A DNA stretch of 64,000 nucleotides, taken from Ruditapes philippinarum (taxonomy: Eukaryota). The position numbers and the translations under genes are program-made. The stretch spans positions 1 to 64,000 of the forward strand of contig NW_026857137.1 in the NCBI RefSeq assembly GCF_026571515.1. Direction: 5' to 3'. Position 1 is the first letter of the stretch. Each line of letters starts with the position of its first letter. The notes under the pieces were generated by a model. The model searched no databases, was not told the DNA's origin, and saw only the letters and a program-made list of their open reading frames with translations. This document shows, one piece after another, positions 45,367 through 59,220 of this stretch.

Positions 45367-48300
45367 ATGGGTTGTTGTCCAAGAGGTGATACTGTAGTAA
45401 GTCCCGTTGTAAAGTATGTACTCCTCATTGGAACATTTCTACATTGGGTAAGTCATCCAGGACTGTTATATACATGTTAATGAGTCTAATATATATGCCT
45501 TTAAAACTTCTGTTTATTTCTATTTCCTTATGCAAGAACAAAAGATATTATTCTGATATTTGTTGAATTATAAGATTTCAAAGATATTTATTGTAAAACA
45601 TTAGGAGATATTTTACACTAATATGCTAAACATGCCTATATTTTGTAATTATTATGCAGAACGATATACAAATACTTAATGGAATACATGTACTGTATGT
45701 GCTTATTAAAGGCACACTATGCCTCAGAAACGAATTAATATTTCCTTCTGTAAAAAGGGCAAATATGAGTTTTATAACGTTTAGGTAGTTGTTAAAGAAC
45801 ATATTATAGATGCATATCACCTGAAGAAAGTAGTGTTAAATGTGAAATTATTGGTCACAAAAGTAATAAAATGCAAACAAGGTAGTACTTTCACTTCCAT
45901 GCAAAAGTAATTATTCACTATAACTGTCCTTATTGCCAAAAACAACAGAAATAAAAAGATGGCTAAGGTAATTTGCCACTGAGAAACCTTTTTGTTTTGG
46001 AAAATATAACCGGACATCAAAAATAAAAAAAAAACTTTTGAAAAATAATAATAAAAGCATTTCTGAGGTATAATGGGCCTATAAGGTCATTGAAAATCAA
46101 AATTATACATTTGAATATTTTAACATAATTCAAATGTATAATCATCGCAATGTGATTTTAAAATATGCATTGATTTGAAATTAATGTTATACTCTAAGTC
46201 AATGATATGCGAAATATATTCGTCACTTAAATTGAGACATTTTATGTTCCAACATGATTAAAATGTCAAAGGATAGCAACAATTCGTTTCATACTTGGAG
46301 ACCATGAAGCCAAAGTATTTACTATTGCATAACCATCGTTTTATTTTCAACTTTCCGAAAACAGATGTGTGGCGGTGCTATGGTTGGTATAGGAATCTGG
46401 GCGTTTGTGGAGAAGAATAAATTCTTTTATCAACCGATACAGACCGTGTATGATATTATATTTGACCTATCAATCATATTGATAGTAACTGGCGGTGTCA
46501 TGTTTATAATAACCATGTGTGGTTTCGTTGGAGCTCTCCGAGAAAATACATGCCTTTTGAGATTTGTGAGTATTTGTTACAATAATTGTAATGTTTAAGC
46601 CCCTAAATTAGTTGAATAGGTACTTATGATGGTATGATAATTTTTCGAAAAAGTCTATTAAGTAATACAGGTAAATATAGTTCATAAGTGTCTCAAAATA
46701 AGAAGTTGGTATTATAGTTTTTACATGACAGGGCTAGAAATATTTTTCCATAGATTTATGTTCCATTTGATGCAAGTCTAGACCAATAATTTGCGTGTAA
46801 AATTTCGGATCGTTTGCTAACTCCGTTGTTCCAGAATAATTCAAGAATTATTATTCTAATTGTGAAAAATTACCTAAATCTTCTCTCAAACCTGGCTAAG
46901 AATATCACAAAAATACGATTTTCAATTTATTTCTTGGTTTAATTCTTAATTATCTTTTGTTTATTTATCGGTCTGTTTTTTAAGTGCCGAAGCTGACCTA
47001 TATATGGTAAGAAATTTCAATTTTATGTTTTTAGGCTTTTGGACCTCAGTGGAGTTCCTTTAAGGAGGTGCTAGCGACTATAGTAAAGCCTCCACTGTTG
47101 TTCACAAATTTACATTTCCAGTCACTCTATTGTAGTTGATCACGAAATTATTTCATCATTATGCCATTATATGAGCATGAAAAAATATTTTTCTTTTATT
47201 TCTGAAATATCGATCAATTAGATTTAGTTTTATATTTTCTACAGTTAGATCAGTTATAAACAAAGATATCATAGTGGTAAAAAATCTATTTATCTATTAA
47301 GCATATGATATAGCGACTGTACCGTATATAAACCAATTATGACCGAATATGACATACATGTATAAAATAATTTTACAACCGTGAGTACGACAACATTCAC
47401 AAATTATGTTGTAAACGTACGTTAGTTTTCACTTAATTGTTACTTTGTCTTTAGGCTGATAGATAACAGTTCTAAAGTGAACGTGATAGTTTCGTCCCGG
47501 GCTAATTGATTAAATACGAGTGATAAATGTTCTCTTTTCATATAGAACGTGTAAACTTTGTAGTTTTACATATTTTAAACACTAGTATCTTTTCTGTATA
47601 TGAACCAGAGTCCCTTACTCTAGTCCCATTTTGTGTTAATTAAGTTAAAGGCAAAATATGCCGCAGAAATCCATATTTATTACTAGTAAATTCTTATGAC
47701 ATGTAACTAATCTGTTTAATAATGTTTTAATAATAGATTTAGAGTAGGTTCGATGTTTACATGTAACGGCTAGAAAGATAGCGCCGAATGTGCAGTAATT
47801 TGCCGAAATGTTAACAAAGTATTAGTTTGACTTCCAAATAAAATACTGATTCACTATAATTATACAAATTAGCAAAAGAATAAAAAATCGTTAATCTATA
47901 TGTCAAATGAGTATTTTTAAGAAAATGTGACAATAAACATTGTATTTGTTATTTTATGTTTCAGTTTTACATATCCCTGACACTTATATTTCTGATGGAG
48001 ATAACGGCAGGCGTTCTTGCATTTGTTTTCAAAGAAAAGGTTTTAGAAATTCTGAGTGGCGTACTCAAAGACGTGTACATAGAGGGCTATCACAATGACG
48101 AGGAGGCGGTCATGGACTTCTTTCAAGAAAACGTAAGGCTTCTATAACTATAACACCACAGTTGTGAGTAATTGTTGTGAGTAACTGTTGTGAGGCATTT
48201 GTAAGAAGTTGCTTCGTATATCGATGATGTTATATTTTTTCATGTCCTACGGAATCATTCCAATGTTTGCAGTATTGATGCTTGAATAATCATTCTAATA

Positions 48301-51159
48301 ATTGTAGTGAATGATGATTGAATAATCATTCCAATATTTGTGGCATTGATGATTGAATAATCATTCCAATATTTTTAGTAATGATGATTGAATAATCATT
48401 CCAATATTTGTAGTAATGATGATTGAATAATCATTCCAATATTTTTAGTATTGATGATTGAATAATCATTCCAATATTTGTAGTATTGATGATTGAATAA
48501 TCATTCCAATATTTTTAGTAATGATGATTGAATAATCATTCCAATATTTGTAGTATTGATGATTGAATAATCATTCCAATATTTGTAGTATTGTTGATTG
48601 AATAATCATTCCAATATTTTTAGTAATGATGATTGAATAATCATTCCAATATTTTTAGTAATGATGATTGAATAATCATTCCAATATTTGTGGTATTGAT
48701 GATTGAATAATCATTCCAATATTTTTAGTAATGATGATTGAATAATCATTCCAATATTTGTAGTATTGATGATTGAATAATCATTCCAATATTTGTAGTA
48801 TTGATGATTGAATAATCATTCCAATATTTTTAGTAATGATGATTGAATAATCATTCCAATATTTGTAGTATTGATGATTGAATAATCATTCCAATATTTG
48901 TAGTATTGATGATTGAATAATCATTCCAATATTTGTAGTATTGATGATTGAATAATCATTCCAATATTTGTGGCATTGATGATTGAATAATCATTCCAAT
49001 ATTTGTAGTATTGATGATTGAATATTCATTCCAATATTTGTGGCATTGATGATTGAATATTCATTCCAATATTTGTAGCATTGATGATTGAATATTCATT
49101 CTAATATTTGTAGCATTGATGATTGAATATTCATTCCAATATTTATAGCATTGATGATTGAATAATCATTCCAATATTTGTAGCATTGATGATTGAATAT
49201 TCATTCCAATGTTTGTAGCATTGATGATTGAATATTCATTCCAATATTTGTAGCATTGATGATTGAATTGCGTTGCATTAACAAATACTAGTGGAAGGAC
49301 GAAAATACTCTCTAAAACTTTTTCACGTTTCCCGAATTCTTGCTATGTTTATGTTGATGTGAATTTTTATAATACTTATATTGAAAGCATTCCGAAGTCT
49401 TTAGCTGTGTTAAGCTAATGTGGTGCTCTGGATATGAAATTTTAAATGTTTGTACTAACGTTGGAAAATCATTTCTATAACCAAAATGGGGAAGATAAAA
49501 ACTGTATTGGTATTTAGCAGATAATGTTATGTGCTTTGTCATTGAAATAATATGTACGTTAAGAGATATCAATTCAATTCATTCAATGCATGTTTAACAA
49601 ATAGCTTATGTCAATTAATTAACTTCAAGATGCATGCCACCTCTTACAATCTTTACATTGTTTTCCTGCATATATCGACATGTTATATTGCACTTTATTT
49701 AAATTAGCATAGAAGATCTGTATTGAATTCACAATAAACTGAGTATCTTATTAAATCATTGTATGATATTGATCGATTATCAACATCAAATCAATTATTT
49801 TAATTGATTCAATTGATTAGTTCATCTATCGTTTCAAGCAAAAGCTTTTTAATTATTTCAGTGATAACTTTGTAAATAAAAAGTAGATTTTCTTAAATCT
49901 CTTTATTATAATAATCTATTTGTTTCTCTATGTACGAATTTTGTTGAATAAAGTTTTCACTTCTATTTGTACAGTTTAATTGTTGTGGTGTGACAAGTTT
50001 TGAGGACTGGAATATTAACGAATATTACAACTGTACAGATTCCAATCCCAGTCAACTAAGATGTGCTGTCCCTTACTCCTGCTGCAAAGATCCGGACGAG
50101 TTATCGGTAATTTATTATGTATTATGATAGTTTTATACCGTGCAATATTATTTATAGCCGTATATAGTATTACATTTATCGATCATAAATGATATAGAAA
50201 GATGCCGAACATTTTTTTTGGTGGGGGGGGGGGGGCATATTAAATATCTCATCACGTATTAAATATCTCACCATATTAAATATCTCACTTCACGTATTTT
50301 TCATTTGATTCATCCAAATATCTAAGCTTCTAATCCTATTTTAAAAAAGAAATTTAAATCTATCACCGGTTTTGATAAAATAAAGCCCAGTTTGATATCG
50401 ATTATTTTTTTCAAAGGCTTGAACAGAAATTTAGAAATGAAAAAATGACGATTTTCTTTAACTTTGTAGCCTGGCTTGAATAATATACTTTGCGGCGGTG
50501 GCGCTTTGTCATCTGTAAGTATAATTTTATTATTTATTCGTTGTAACAGAAAAACACCCCGTCAGTTTCCTATAGATTAATGGCATATAAATGAATGCTG
50601 TTGTATAAACCTGTTTATATACATATTTATTATTTTTTATCCTACTTACCGTCTGTATGTATTTATCGAGAAACGGACAAAAGCCCTCCCGGACAAAAGC
50701 CATACCGGACAAAAGCCCGTATTTATCATATGTGTAGTTGCTATTAATTCTATGTGCTCCTGAAATGCTAAAAAATGTGTAATAATGTTTCCAAACCGAT
50801 TAGTATATTAATACATACATTGTAACATGTTTAGGCGTGGTTTTGGACACTGCATATCTTTGATGATAATTATCGTTATACTTAGTATTATATTACTGTA
50901 CAGGTATAATTTATTTTAGAATTATACTGCATTCAAAGTGTGGACGACTGGTTGTGTTGATCGTGTCATGTACATTGCAAAGAAGAATCTTCCGATCATA
51001 GGAGCCGTGGCTATAGCTATTGCTTTACCTCAACTCATTGGCATCATTCTAGGAAATATATTTGTTGGTCAGATAGAAGATCAGTGGTCAAGATATAAGT
51101 CACATCAGAGAAGGAGACGTTACCTGGACGAAAGAGATAGAGGCGGACGTAGATATTGA
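45367..51159 (+). CDS. TSPAN33: Tetraspanin, TspanC8 subfamily (TSPAN33/5-like), 288 aa
   Basis: Exons 45367-45447, 46365-46565, 47965-48132, 49975-50106, 50470-50514 and 50920-51159, all phase 0. VSPVVKY N-terminus, GFVGALRENTCLL, four TM segments, and an EC2 with CCG, DW, PYSCC, GC and eight Cys. Exact orthology within TspanC8 is uncertain. Confidence 0.92.
48254..49267. repeat. 35-bp minisatellite, ~29 copies, in tetraspanin intron 3
   Basis: Unit tgatgattgaataatcattccaatatttgtagtat. Same phase at 48421 and 48841 (12 x 35). Confidence 0.95.
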
Positions 51160-54056
51160 CCAGTTGTACAACATTATCATATATACTTCCTCTTTTCATT
51201 TACTCAAACATTTATATTATTATTTCATCATAACAGAACACACTGGATGGTTGTAAAGGATATTGTCTTTTGTGCATATGCTAGTATTGATATTTTATAA
51301 AACTCTTCATGAATGACCTTTCTAAACTTAAAATGTATACTGCATTGGTCATTTTCTTTACCACGGAAGGTAGAATAAAAAAAATTCAGCATTCATTTTA
51401 ATGAGCTAATTGTTATATATGTATGCATGTGATAATTTAGTTTATATGTCCTTGTCAGGCTACAAATAGCCTTTCTATAGGGATAACTTAAAATAGACCT
51501 GATAACTAAATTCATGGCATCATTTTGATAAACGCTTAATATTGTATAATTCACAATTTTACATGCATAATCACGAAGACGAAGTGTACAGCCAAACGTT
51601 CTATCAACATATTCGTCGACCCTTCAGTGGAATGGCATCATTTATTAGTTGACATATTTATTCAAATAAGTTTTCTGAGGTCCTTCAATGCTAGAAATGT
51701 ATGTAAAAATAGATGAGTTTTCTCCTGTTGTAATCTTAATCAGAAGTTAGTTTAAACAATATTTATTTCACTAATTTTCAAACATAGATCTATATACATT
51801 ACAATCAGTCAGAAGACATTGTTTAACAAAAACCATGAAAAACTGAAGATATAAATTAAGATGTAAACAATGCTAATGACTTTATAACATAATTAAATTC
51901 GGAAGAGGATTCAAGACTTATATAAATTCATTTCCTCGGTGGGTTGGAAAGGATGACGGCTGACTCGTCAAAATAACGCGTAATGTTTTTAGATTTAGAT
52001 ATGAATTTACAATAAAAGTGATAAAAGAGTTCCAGTCTGGAACTGGGTTGTTTGCTATCGATAAGACAGTTAACTTAATATAATGTATAAACCCTGCTTA
52101 TGAAGTCGCTCTTTAATAAGCGCAAACACTATGATGTATATCGTTTAGTGGCGACTATGTGTTTTTTGGACTTACCAAAGATATTTGTGTTTTTTTTCAA
52201 AGTTGAGATGTTCAGAGCCATATAGTAGTTTTTGAACAGTTGAAGGACACGAAAGGTTCGTAAAGGAAATATTCTTTGAACTTGAAAGTTTGGACAGGAA
52301 AGAAGATAATGATTTATAGTTTCAATATTGCCACAGGAACAGTGTGAGTCGTTGACAATAGATTTGCGATCGTGATTTAAAGAACTGCAGCCTAGAAGTT
52401 AACGAGTGTGAAGAACTTGTGCTTTTCTTCCTATTCAGAAATTAGCTTAAAATTGTTTCATTTTCACTTAAGAGTCGATCAAGTTTGAGTATATACATAT
52501 AATATAGACTGTTAATATAGATCTCTCTATTTTTTAAGTGCAGCATTATTTAAGATTTGATTTGATCAGATTGGTAACACTGTATAAACACGAAGTATAG
52601 AAGTGTTGAGTGTAATTGATTCACAATAGACAGTAACAATTCCAATACAGTAACACCGACACTGTAAAAGTCACATAAGGACTTTGCAGCTTTACAGCTG
52701 GAGAAATACAAAATAAGTCCATAATTCAGTCACAAGTGGGCACTTGAAAACGCCGGAAAATAACGCACGATTCGTGCAATAAGTAAGTAAACACAGAATT
52801 GTGCAATAAATGGCGGATACCTGTCATGATTTCCAACGCGGTAAGTAAACTGGCCAATATAGTTTTTTATTTAACCAAATTGAAAAAAGGGAATAGCCGC
52901 ATATGGCTGTGAAGACATTAAAATTTATCTCTCATCAAGAGTATTTCTACGAAATTGCTTACTTTTCAAAATCATTCCTGAAAATGTTGGTTTGACCACC
53001 GTTTTGAGCGAGATTTTGGCTTTTTTTTGTCAACTCTTATAAGTACAACAATAAGCCAAAGCAAAGAACGTAGCTTTTGTCACTGACGACATAACGTACA
53101 TGTAACATTGAACATACACAGAACACTTTTGTTCTTTTTCCGGAAGGGGCGGGGAATTGCAAGAACTAAGGATTGTGTTTTTCCTTGTACTGCCTCACTT
53201 TATTTTTGACTACAAACATCCTCATTTATGCCTTCCCTCGGCGAAGGGTAACATCTGATTGTCTACCGAAAGATATTTCAACAGAACTTTGCAGGTCGCA
53301 AAGTTTAATTCCCCGCCATTCTAAGGGATGGGAACAAAAATAAATACAAATAACATATACACGCCGATATAAAACATATAACAAGTTTAATCATACTATA
53401 AACAACATTATCACATGTTCATTTGGAATACTCGGCAAATATGATTTAATTAAAACCAACAGGATGTTGTTCAGTTGCAACACAAAAAATATGTACATTA
53501 CTAATTTCTATTATCTTTTCAATGTATTACATTTATAATGTTTAACCATCACTAATATTCACTATAAATGTAAAAGCTAACATATACATGCATACAAGCA
53601 ATATAAGGTAACAATGATGAGTATTTGAAATATTTGTAAGTACATGTGCAATATTGTATGCGTGTGCGGTTGATTTTGAGCATGCGTTCACATGCACGTG
53701 CACGTGGGTTTGTATTTACAAGTGTGTGTGAGATGTTGGGTAATCAAACAGCCCTGAAAAATATCAGGAAAAACTGAATATAAGAAATGATATGAAAATG
53801 AGTTAAAAACTATCACAGATAAACGAACACGGACTCAAAACTTATTTTTTTTAAAAATCATACATTGTCTACAAAAAAAAATCACATTCTTCCAGCCTGC
53901 CAGAAGATGTAAGTAAAAAATGCACCGTCATTTGTCAATATTAGTATTTTCACAATACAAACAAAAGTTCATAAACTGCATACTGTTATAATTAATTCAC
54001 ACTCAGTTTAACAGAGATCTAGCATAAGTGCACGAGATCTAGCACGGGTTTCACGC

Positions 54057-56445
54057 TCATGACGACCCTATGTATGTAGCATTAGTAACTCCTTCTGTTT
54101 GGAAGATTGTATAATCTGGAGAGGTGTTTTCATCATGCTCGTTATAAATACGATTCTTGTCTGAAATGAAATACAAAGATAATTGAATTTTAATCTACTT
54201 CTGGTTTGAATTCTTCAGAATACACAAAACCTTCAAGTAAAACAGAAATCGGCTTTATTATTATTTTAAAGCTATTCTGAAATGAGGTCATTACTTTTTA
54301 TGATCATTTGGTTTATACAGAATTTATTTTAGTTCGGTGGTATAGGAAGCTATAAACTTATAGACACACTTTCGAATCCGTTCCTGGAACCAACCAGTAC
54401 CGAGCAATGAGTGTAGTTTCTTGTTCAAGGAAACAACGACTTGCCCCTGGGCTTGAACCCATTCGGCTAGTGATCATTAGATTACGAGTCCGACGCGTTA
54501 ACCACGTTTATGATCATTTGTTAAGGTCTTGCAGACATTAATAATACCAGCTTCTGAAAATCAGAGATATGTCGAAATTTATGCCTAACATGCGTTTATA
54601 CATACATTTGACCCAGAATAATCTTATTTGCACCCCCATATATAAATAACAAGTAGTTCCGGAGAATGCAGATCGAAGTATATACGATCAGAATGTATTC
54701 GGGCCATGGGTTGATGAATGCATGGTAAACATGATGTTCGTAATTTATCTACCTGATTATATTGTAGACAAAAGTACATGTATTATAATCTCAGAAGTAT
54801 GGCTCTATATATGCAGAAATATATAGTTTTCCGAGACAACCGCTTCAAATTACGACTGACTTCGTGTTCACTACTTATTAAGCTTTAAGGGTCAGGACTT
54901 TATAAATAATAAGTTTTTAAGTTAAAATTCTTGCATACGTAATAAAACTATTCTATATTCACCCTGGACAATATAAGTTTTATATGGTCTCAAAACAAGT
55001 GGATATCAATGACACGAACACATACCTCTATACAATCCCCGCTTCTTGGCATGTTGACGGTATTTGTATATACCGAAAGTTAACGAAACAACTAAACTTA
55101 TAACCAATAAACAGATGAATAAGATGACTGTGAAGCCAAGCCAAAAAGGGTTGCCAAATCTGAAGTAAAATAAGAAGACCTCGATTTGTTAAAAACAATT
55201 ACAAATAACATTTGACATGAATATTTTATATCAATGAAGTGGACAATCGACAAGGTCGTTATATAAAACCAGCTATAGATAATTATATGAAATGAATTTC
55301 GTACTTCTGATAACATAAACACAAACGTTAAATAACAGAAATAGTTTTTGTGGTTGAGCTCAACGTCGCACAGACACAGTATATGTAATATGACGACTTC
55401 CCAGCTTTATTGGTACAGGAAGACTTCAGGTGCCATTCCGTGCATTATTCCAGGCACGAATGGCGCCTTAGTAAAACCACTGATGTTCAATAAGCTAGAT
55501 GGGTAGCTTCTTAACATGAAATAATCCAAGCTCCTGTCGGGATTTGAACCCACAGCGGTGAGGGGGGGGGGGGTGAAGTCTACCACCATAAACACTCGTC
55601 CATGGCCGCGAATTGATTTGGTTATATTCCAGTTCGTGTTTGTCTTTTAGCCAATAATTTATTTGATTTATGATGTTTAATGAACCGTTTACTAGCAATT
55701 CATATTGTATGATAAATATTGATCAGTAACAGCCAAATTGTTAAAAAGTTAACTAAACTATCTAACGATATCAACATACAGTCTGTCATCATCGGAGTCA
55801 TCAGTTTCTTTTGGTGTTGTTGTTGTTGTTGGCGTTACTAATACTGTCGAATTTGAGATAGCTGAAATGGACATTTTTTTTCAAATAGACATCTTTTTAT
55901 TTTTCTTGGAACAACGAAACCATCAAAATTGAAAATTTCCATTTTCATTATATATACATTGTATAAGTACATGTACATACAAAATATCGGCTACAAGTGA
56001 TGTAGCGACAGCCCTTGTATATTTACTGCGTACTACATCGTTTGGTTATCAACAAAATGTTTCATTAAGGGATCTTTGTTTTCCTGCAAACAACAAACAT
56101 GCTGATAATTTATAAACATTATACGAACATATCACCTGTCCCCTGTATACACTGAAAATAGTATCCTATGTGACACCTTGTGCTACAGTGTACAAATAGC
56201 ATAATTATTCTGAATTTCTGAACGTGATTTTTGTTTGTGAAATACTGTACAGGGATTTTTGTGTGATTTCAGTCATAATCAAACTAAAATATAATAATGA
56301 TAATAACTAACAGCAGTAAGCTACGTATATTATATAAACATAATTAAATCAAACCTAATTAAAACAAAAGTTTATGAAAATATTTACCTGTTGACCATGT
56401 TCCAAAAATGTATATTAAAAATGCGACAAAATGTCTGTAATCCAT
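54057..56445 (-). CDS. Small type I membrane glycoprotein, 125 aa, uncharacterised
   Basis: Exons 56445-56388, 55861-55780, 55159-55026 and 54160-54057 (phases 1, 2, 1; 378 nt). Signal MDYRHFVAFLIYIFGTWSTA, Thr-rich stalk, TM FWLGFTVILFICLLVISLVVSLTFGIY, basic stop-transfer, tail ending GVTNATYIGSS*. Confidence 0.72.
54309..54506 (-). mobile_element. SINE, same family as 22532
   Basis: Near-collinear match to 22532-22735. Confidence 0.8.
55345..55610 (-). mobile_element. SINE, same family as 16640
   Basis: Shared body and tRNA-like head (gggatttgaacccacagcggtgagggg on +). Confidence 0.7.
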
Positions 56446-57381
56446 TATGGTCTTGAGCACCGTACAGTATAATAATAATGTTTTACATGCCGGTATGTTT
56501 TAGATCAGGAAGATAAAAAAGTCATGTTAAATTAATACAGTAAAATGTGATCGATACCTCTACATTAAAGCTAGTTTCTCAGCAGTTAGAATCATTTATA
56601 TCAAAACTATTGGCAATCCAGATTTAACATAAGTTGATCAATACGTTTATGTCATATACAGACAATGTATGTTCACTGCATAAAACTGATTAAACATAGT
56701 AAACCCCTTTCTAGTTTAAGCACCGGTTTAGAGGAAGGCCAGTCGTACATTCGTACAACTTGACCATACTGTTGGCTGTTCAAATCCAGTATTTTGATAT
56801 TATAGATATCTTGAGTATTAATTCATTGTTATTCAAAATAAAGGCAAATCCGTTTTTTTTTTCAAATTAAGAAGAGTTAAGTTTGAAAATGATGTTTGAT
56901 TTTGCTACCAGTTTGATCACATTAGCACTGAGATAAATAATAACATTTGTTTTCAAATGATGATACCAATGCTAAAATCTTTTAATGTATATTTCAAATA
57001 ACGTTTAACTGATTGAATCTGTAGACGAAGTAGGCGATTAGTGAAGTATATTTTAAGGTAAAGTTTAGCTGTAATGTTTGAACGACTATCTTTAATAATA
57101 CCGGCATTGTATTCCTACAAATTTATCTATTGCATATTTTAAACCTACCGGATCAATATTTAACACTATATAAACAGTAATGCCTAATCCAACTATTTAA
57201 AACGGGAGGAAACAAATTTAAACTACATGTAATACAAAAACGTATTTCTGTTTATGCAAGATTTACCCGCCCTTGTATGGATTAATAGATCGCCATGCAA
57301 ATACTGTCGGCATACGTACATGCTAAAATATTTGGTAATTTGTTTTCAGAAAGTAGCCTTTGAACAAAAATGATTGTAAAT

Positions 57382-59220
57382 TATGGAATGCCGGTAGGGA
57401 CATGCCAATTTGCTTATTTGCCACTTGCTGAATTGCTTATTTGCTAATTGCCGATTTGCTTATTTGCCAATGGCTGATAGGCTTAATGACAAATTTGCTT
57501 ATTTGCCAATTGCTGAATTGCTAATTTGCTTATTTGTTAACCGCTGGTTTACGTATTTGCTTATTTGCCAATTGCTAATTTGCTTTTTTGCAATAGAAAT
57601 AGTTTACACTGTGCCGGAAGTATATGAAAAACAACCACTTGAGTCATATCTGTTCACTTTTACCAACAGTATTCTTGTAAATTCAGTGTTTTTCCAAGAA
57701 TACTGTTGGCCAATGAATTTAATTGCTGTGATACCTACGCAGATATATGTCTACAACTGATGGCTGACATGTCCTTGAGAACTATAGACGCTTGGGGTCA
57801 GATCCCGAACCCCAACGTGATACGTGACCCTGTAAACACTCTATTAAAAATATTTTAATATTTAAACAAGAATTGGACATCGTTAAAACTGGTTTTCAAA
57901 CAATTTTTAATATACCAGTATGAAAAAATACCATATACCACCAAGTCTCAATAAAGTACTTAATGGTTTTATCGTTGTAACGGATGTCAAATTCGTATTA
58001 AAATAAATAATAGAATAGTTTTGATATAGTCTTTACAGAGGCGTATCACGTTGGGGACAGGATCTGACCCCCAGCGTCTGTGCTTGAGAATGCCTTATAA
58101 GGTGTTGCAGCTATAGATCTGTTTGTGCAGCCTAAGTCAGAGATTGATGGCATAATAAACACTTGATATAGTCATATATAAGTGAACATTATTGGGTAAA
58201 GATTGAAAATAAAAGAACTTGAAAACAAAACTATTTCTTATTTTATGGCATATAAAATGTCGTTATTCTCAGCAGATTTGTCATGTAGGGCCTCATTTTA
58301 GTGGTACGAACACATAGTATGACGAATGATCCAATTGGTGCATGCCAAATATGGGTGTTTATCTTTGCATTTAAGCAATAGGCTTCGTTTTTAGCTCTGT
58401 AAAATTTGGTCACACTTTTCCGTTTCTTCATGTTAAACATTAAATACATGCCATCAGGTGACAATGACCATGATCATGACCTAGGGTATAATGGACAAAG
58501 CCTCTTTGAATATTGTGTATGCGTGATGCCTATTTAATGCTTATGTGAAGTTACAGTTAGATGTAAGCAATAGTAACAGAGATATGACAAAAAAAACAAA
58601 CAAAGGCTTTGTAGTACAATACTTTGGTGACCTTGGCATTCAGTATATTAGGGGAACAGCTTCTTCATGTACTTTGTATGCATGCTTGTAACGCAGAGTT
58701 TATGCAAAGTTGCAGTAAGATGCATGAATCAGCAAATGTAACAGAGATATGACAGAAAAAACAAGTTACCAAGAAAACCAATGCCTTGGTGGATAGAATA
58801 GCATCCCTAGTGCTAAAACTGAAACTCAAGATAATTAAAAAGAACAACTACTTTTTTATACTGAATTTATTTCTTTTTTCGAAATTGAATAAAAAGTATC
58901 CATCTGCCTTTCTACCTATATTCTAGGTAATGATGGATTGCTCATAATTGTCCCAAGTATAATTCACAAAACTTTATAAACATAATAACATGATATAGGT
59001 TCATGAGCTTGAAATAAAGTCAACAAAGACTTGTTATTTCATATCAAACAAGAACGTACTCCGCGAGTCGGACGTATCGCCTGACAATAGCATACAAATT
59101 TATGTACATAAGCAAATAAGCAATTAGCAAATAAGCAAATTGGCAAATCAGCAATTAGCAAATAAGCAATTCAGAAGTTGGCAAATAAGCAAAGTGGCAT
59201 GTCCCTACCGGCATTCCATA
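57382..59220. mobile_element. Non-autonomous DNA transposon with TAY..RTA termini and 6-bp TSD (IS3EU-like)
   Basis: TIR tatggaatgccggtagggacatgcca / tggcatgtccctaccggcattccata. TSD gtaaat at 57376-57381 and 59221-59226. Subterminal tttgctta/tttgccaa arrays. Confidence 0.85.
57782..58082. mobile_element. Nested MITE with 8-bp TSD (P/hAT-like)
   Basis: agacgct.ggggtcagatcc..ccccaacgtgatacg pairs with cgtatcacgttgggg..ggatctgacccc.agcgtct. TSD cttgagaa at 57774-57781 and 58083-58090. Confidence 0.75.

Noticed and set aside
48254-49267. CRISPR-like look of a 35-bp palindromic repeat
   Set aside because: Units are contiguous with no unique spacers, there are no cas genes, and it sits in a spliceosomal intron.
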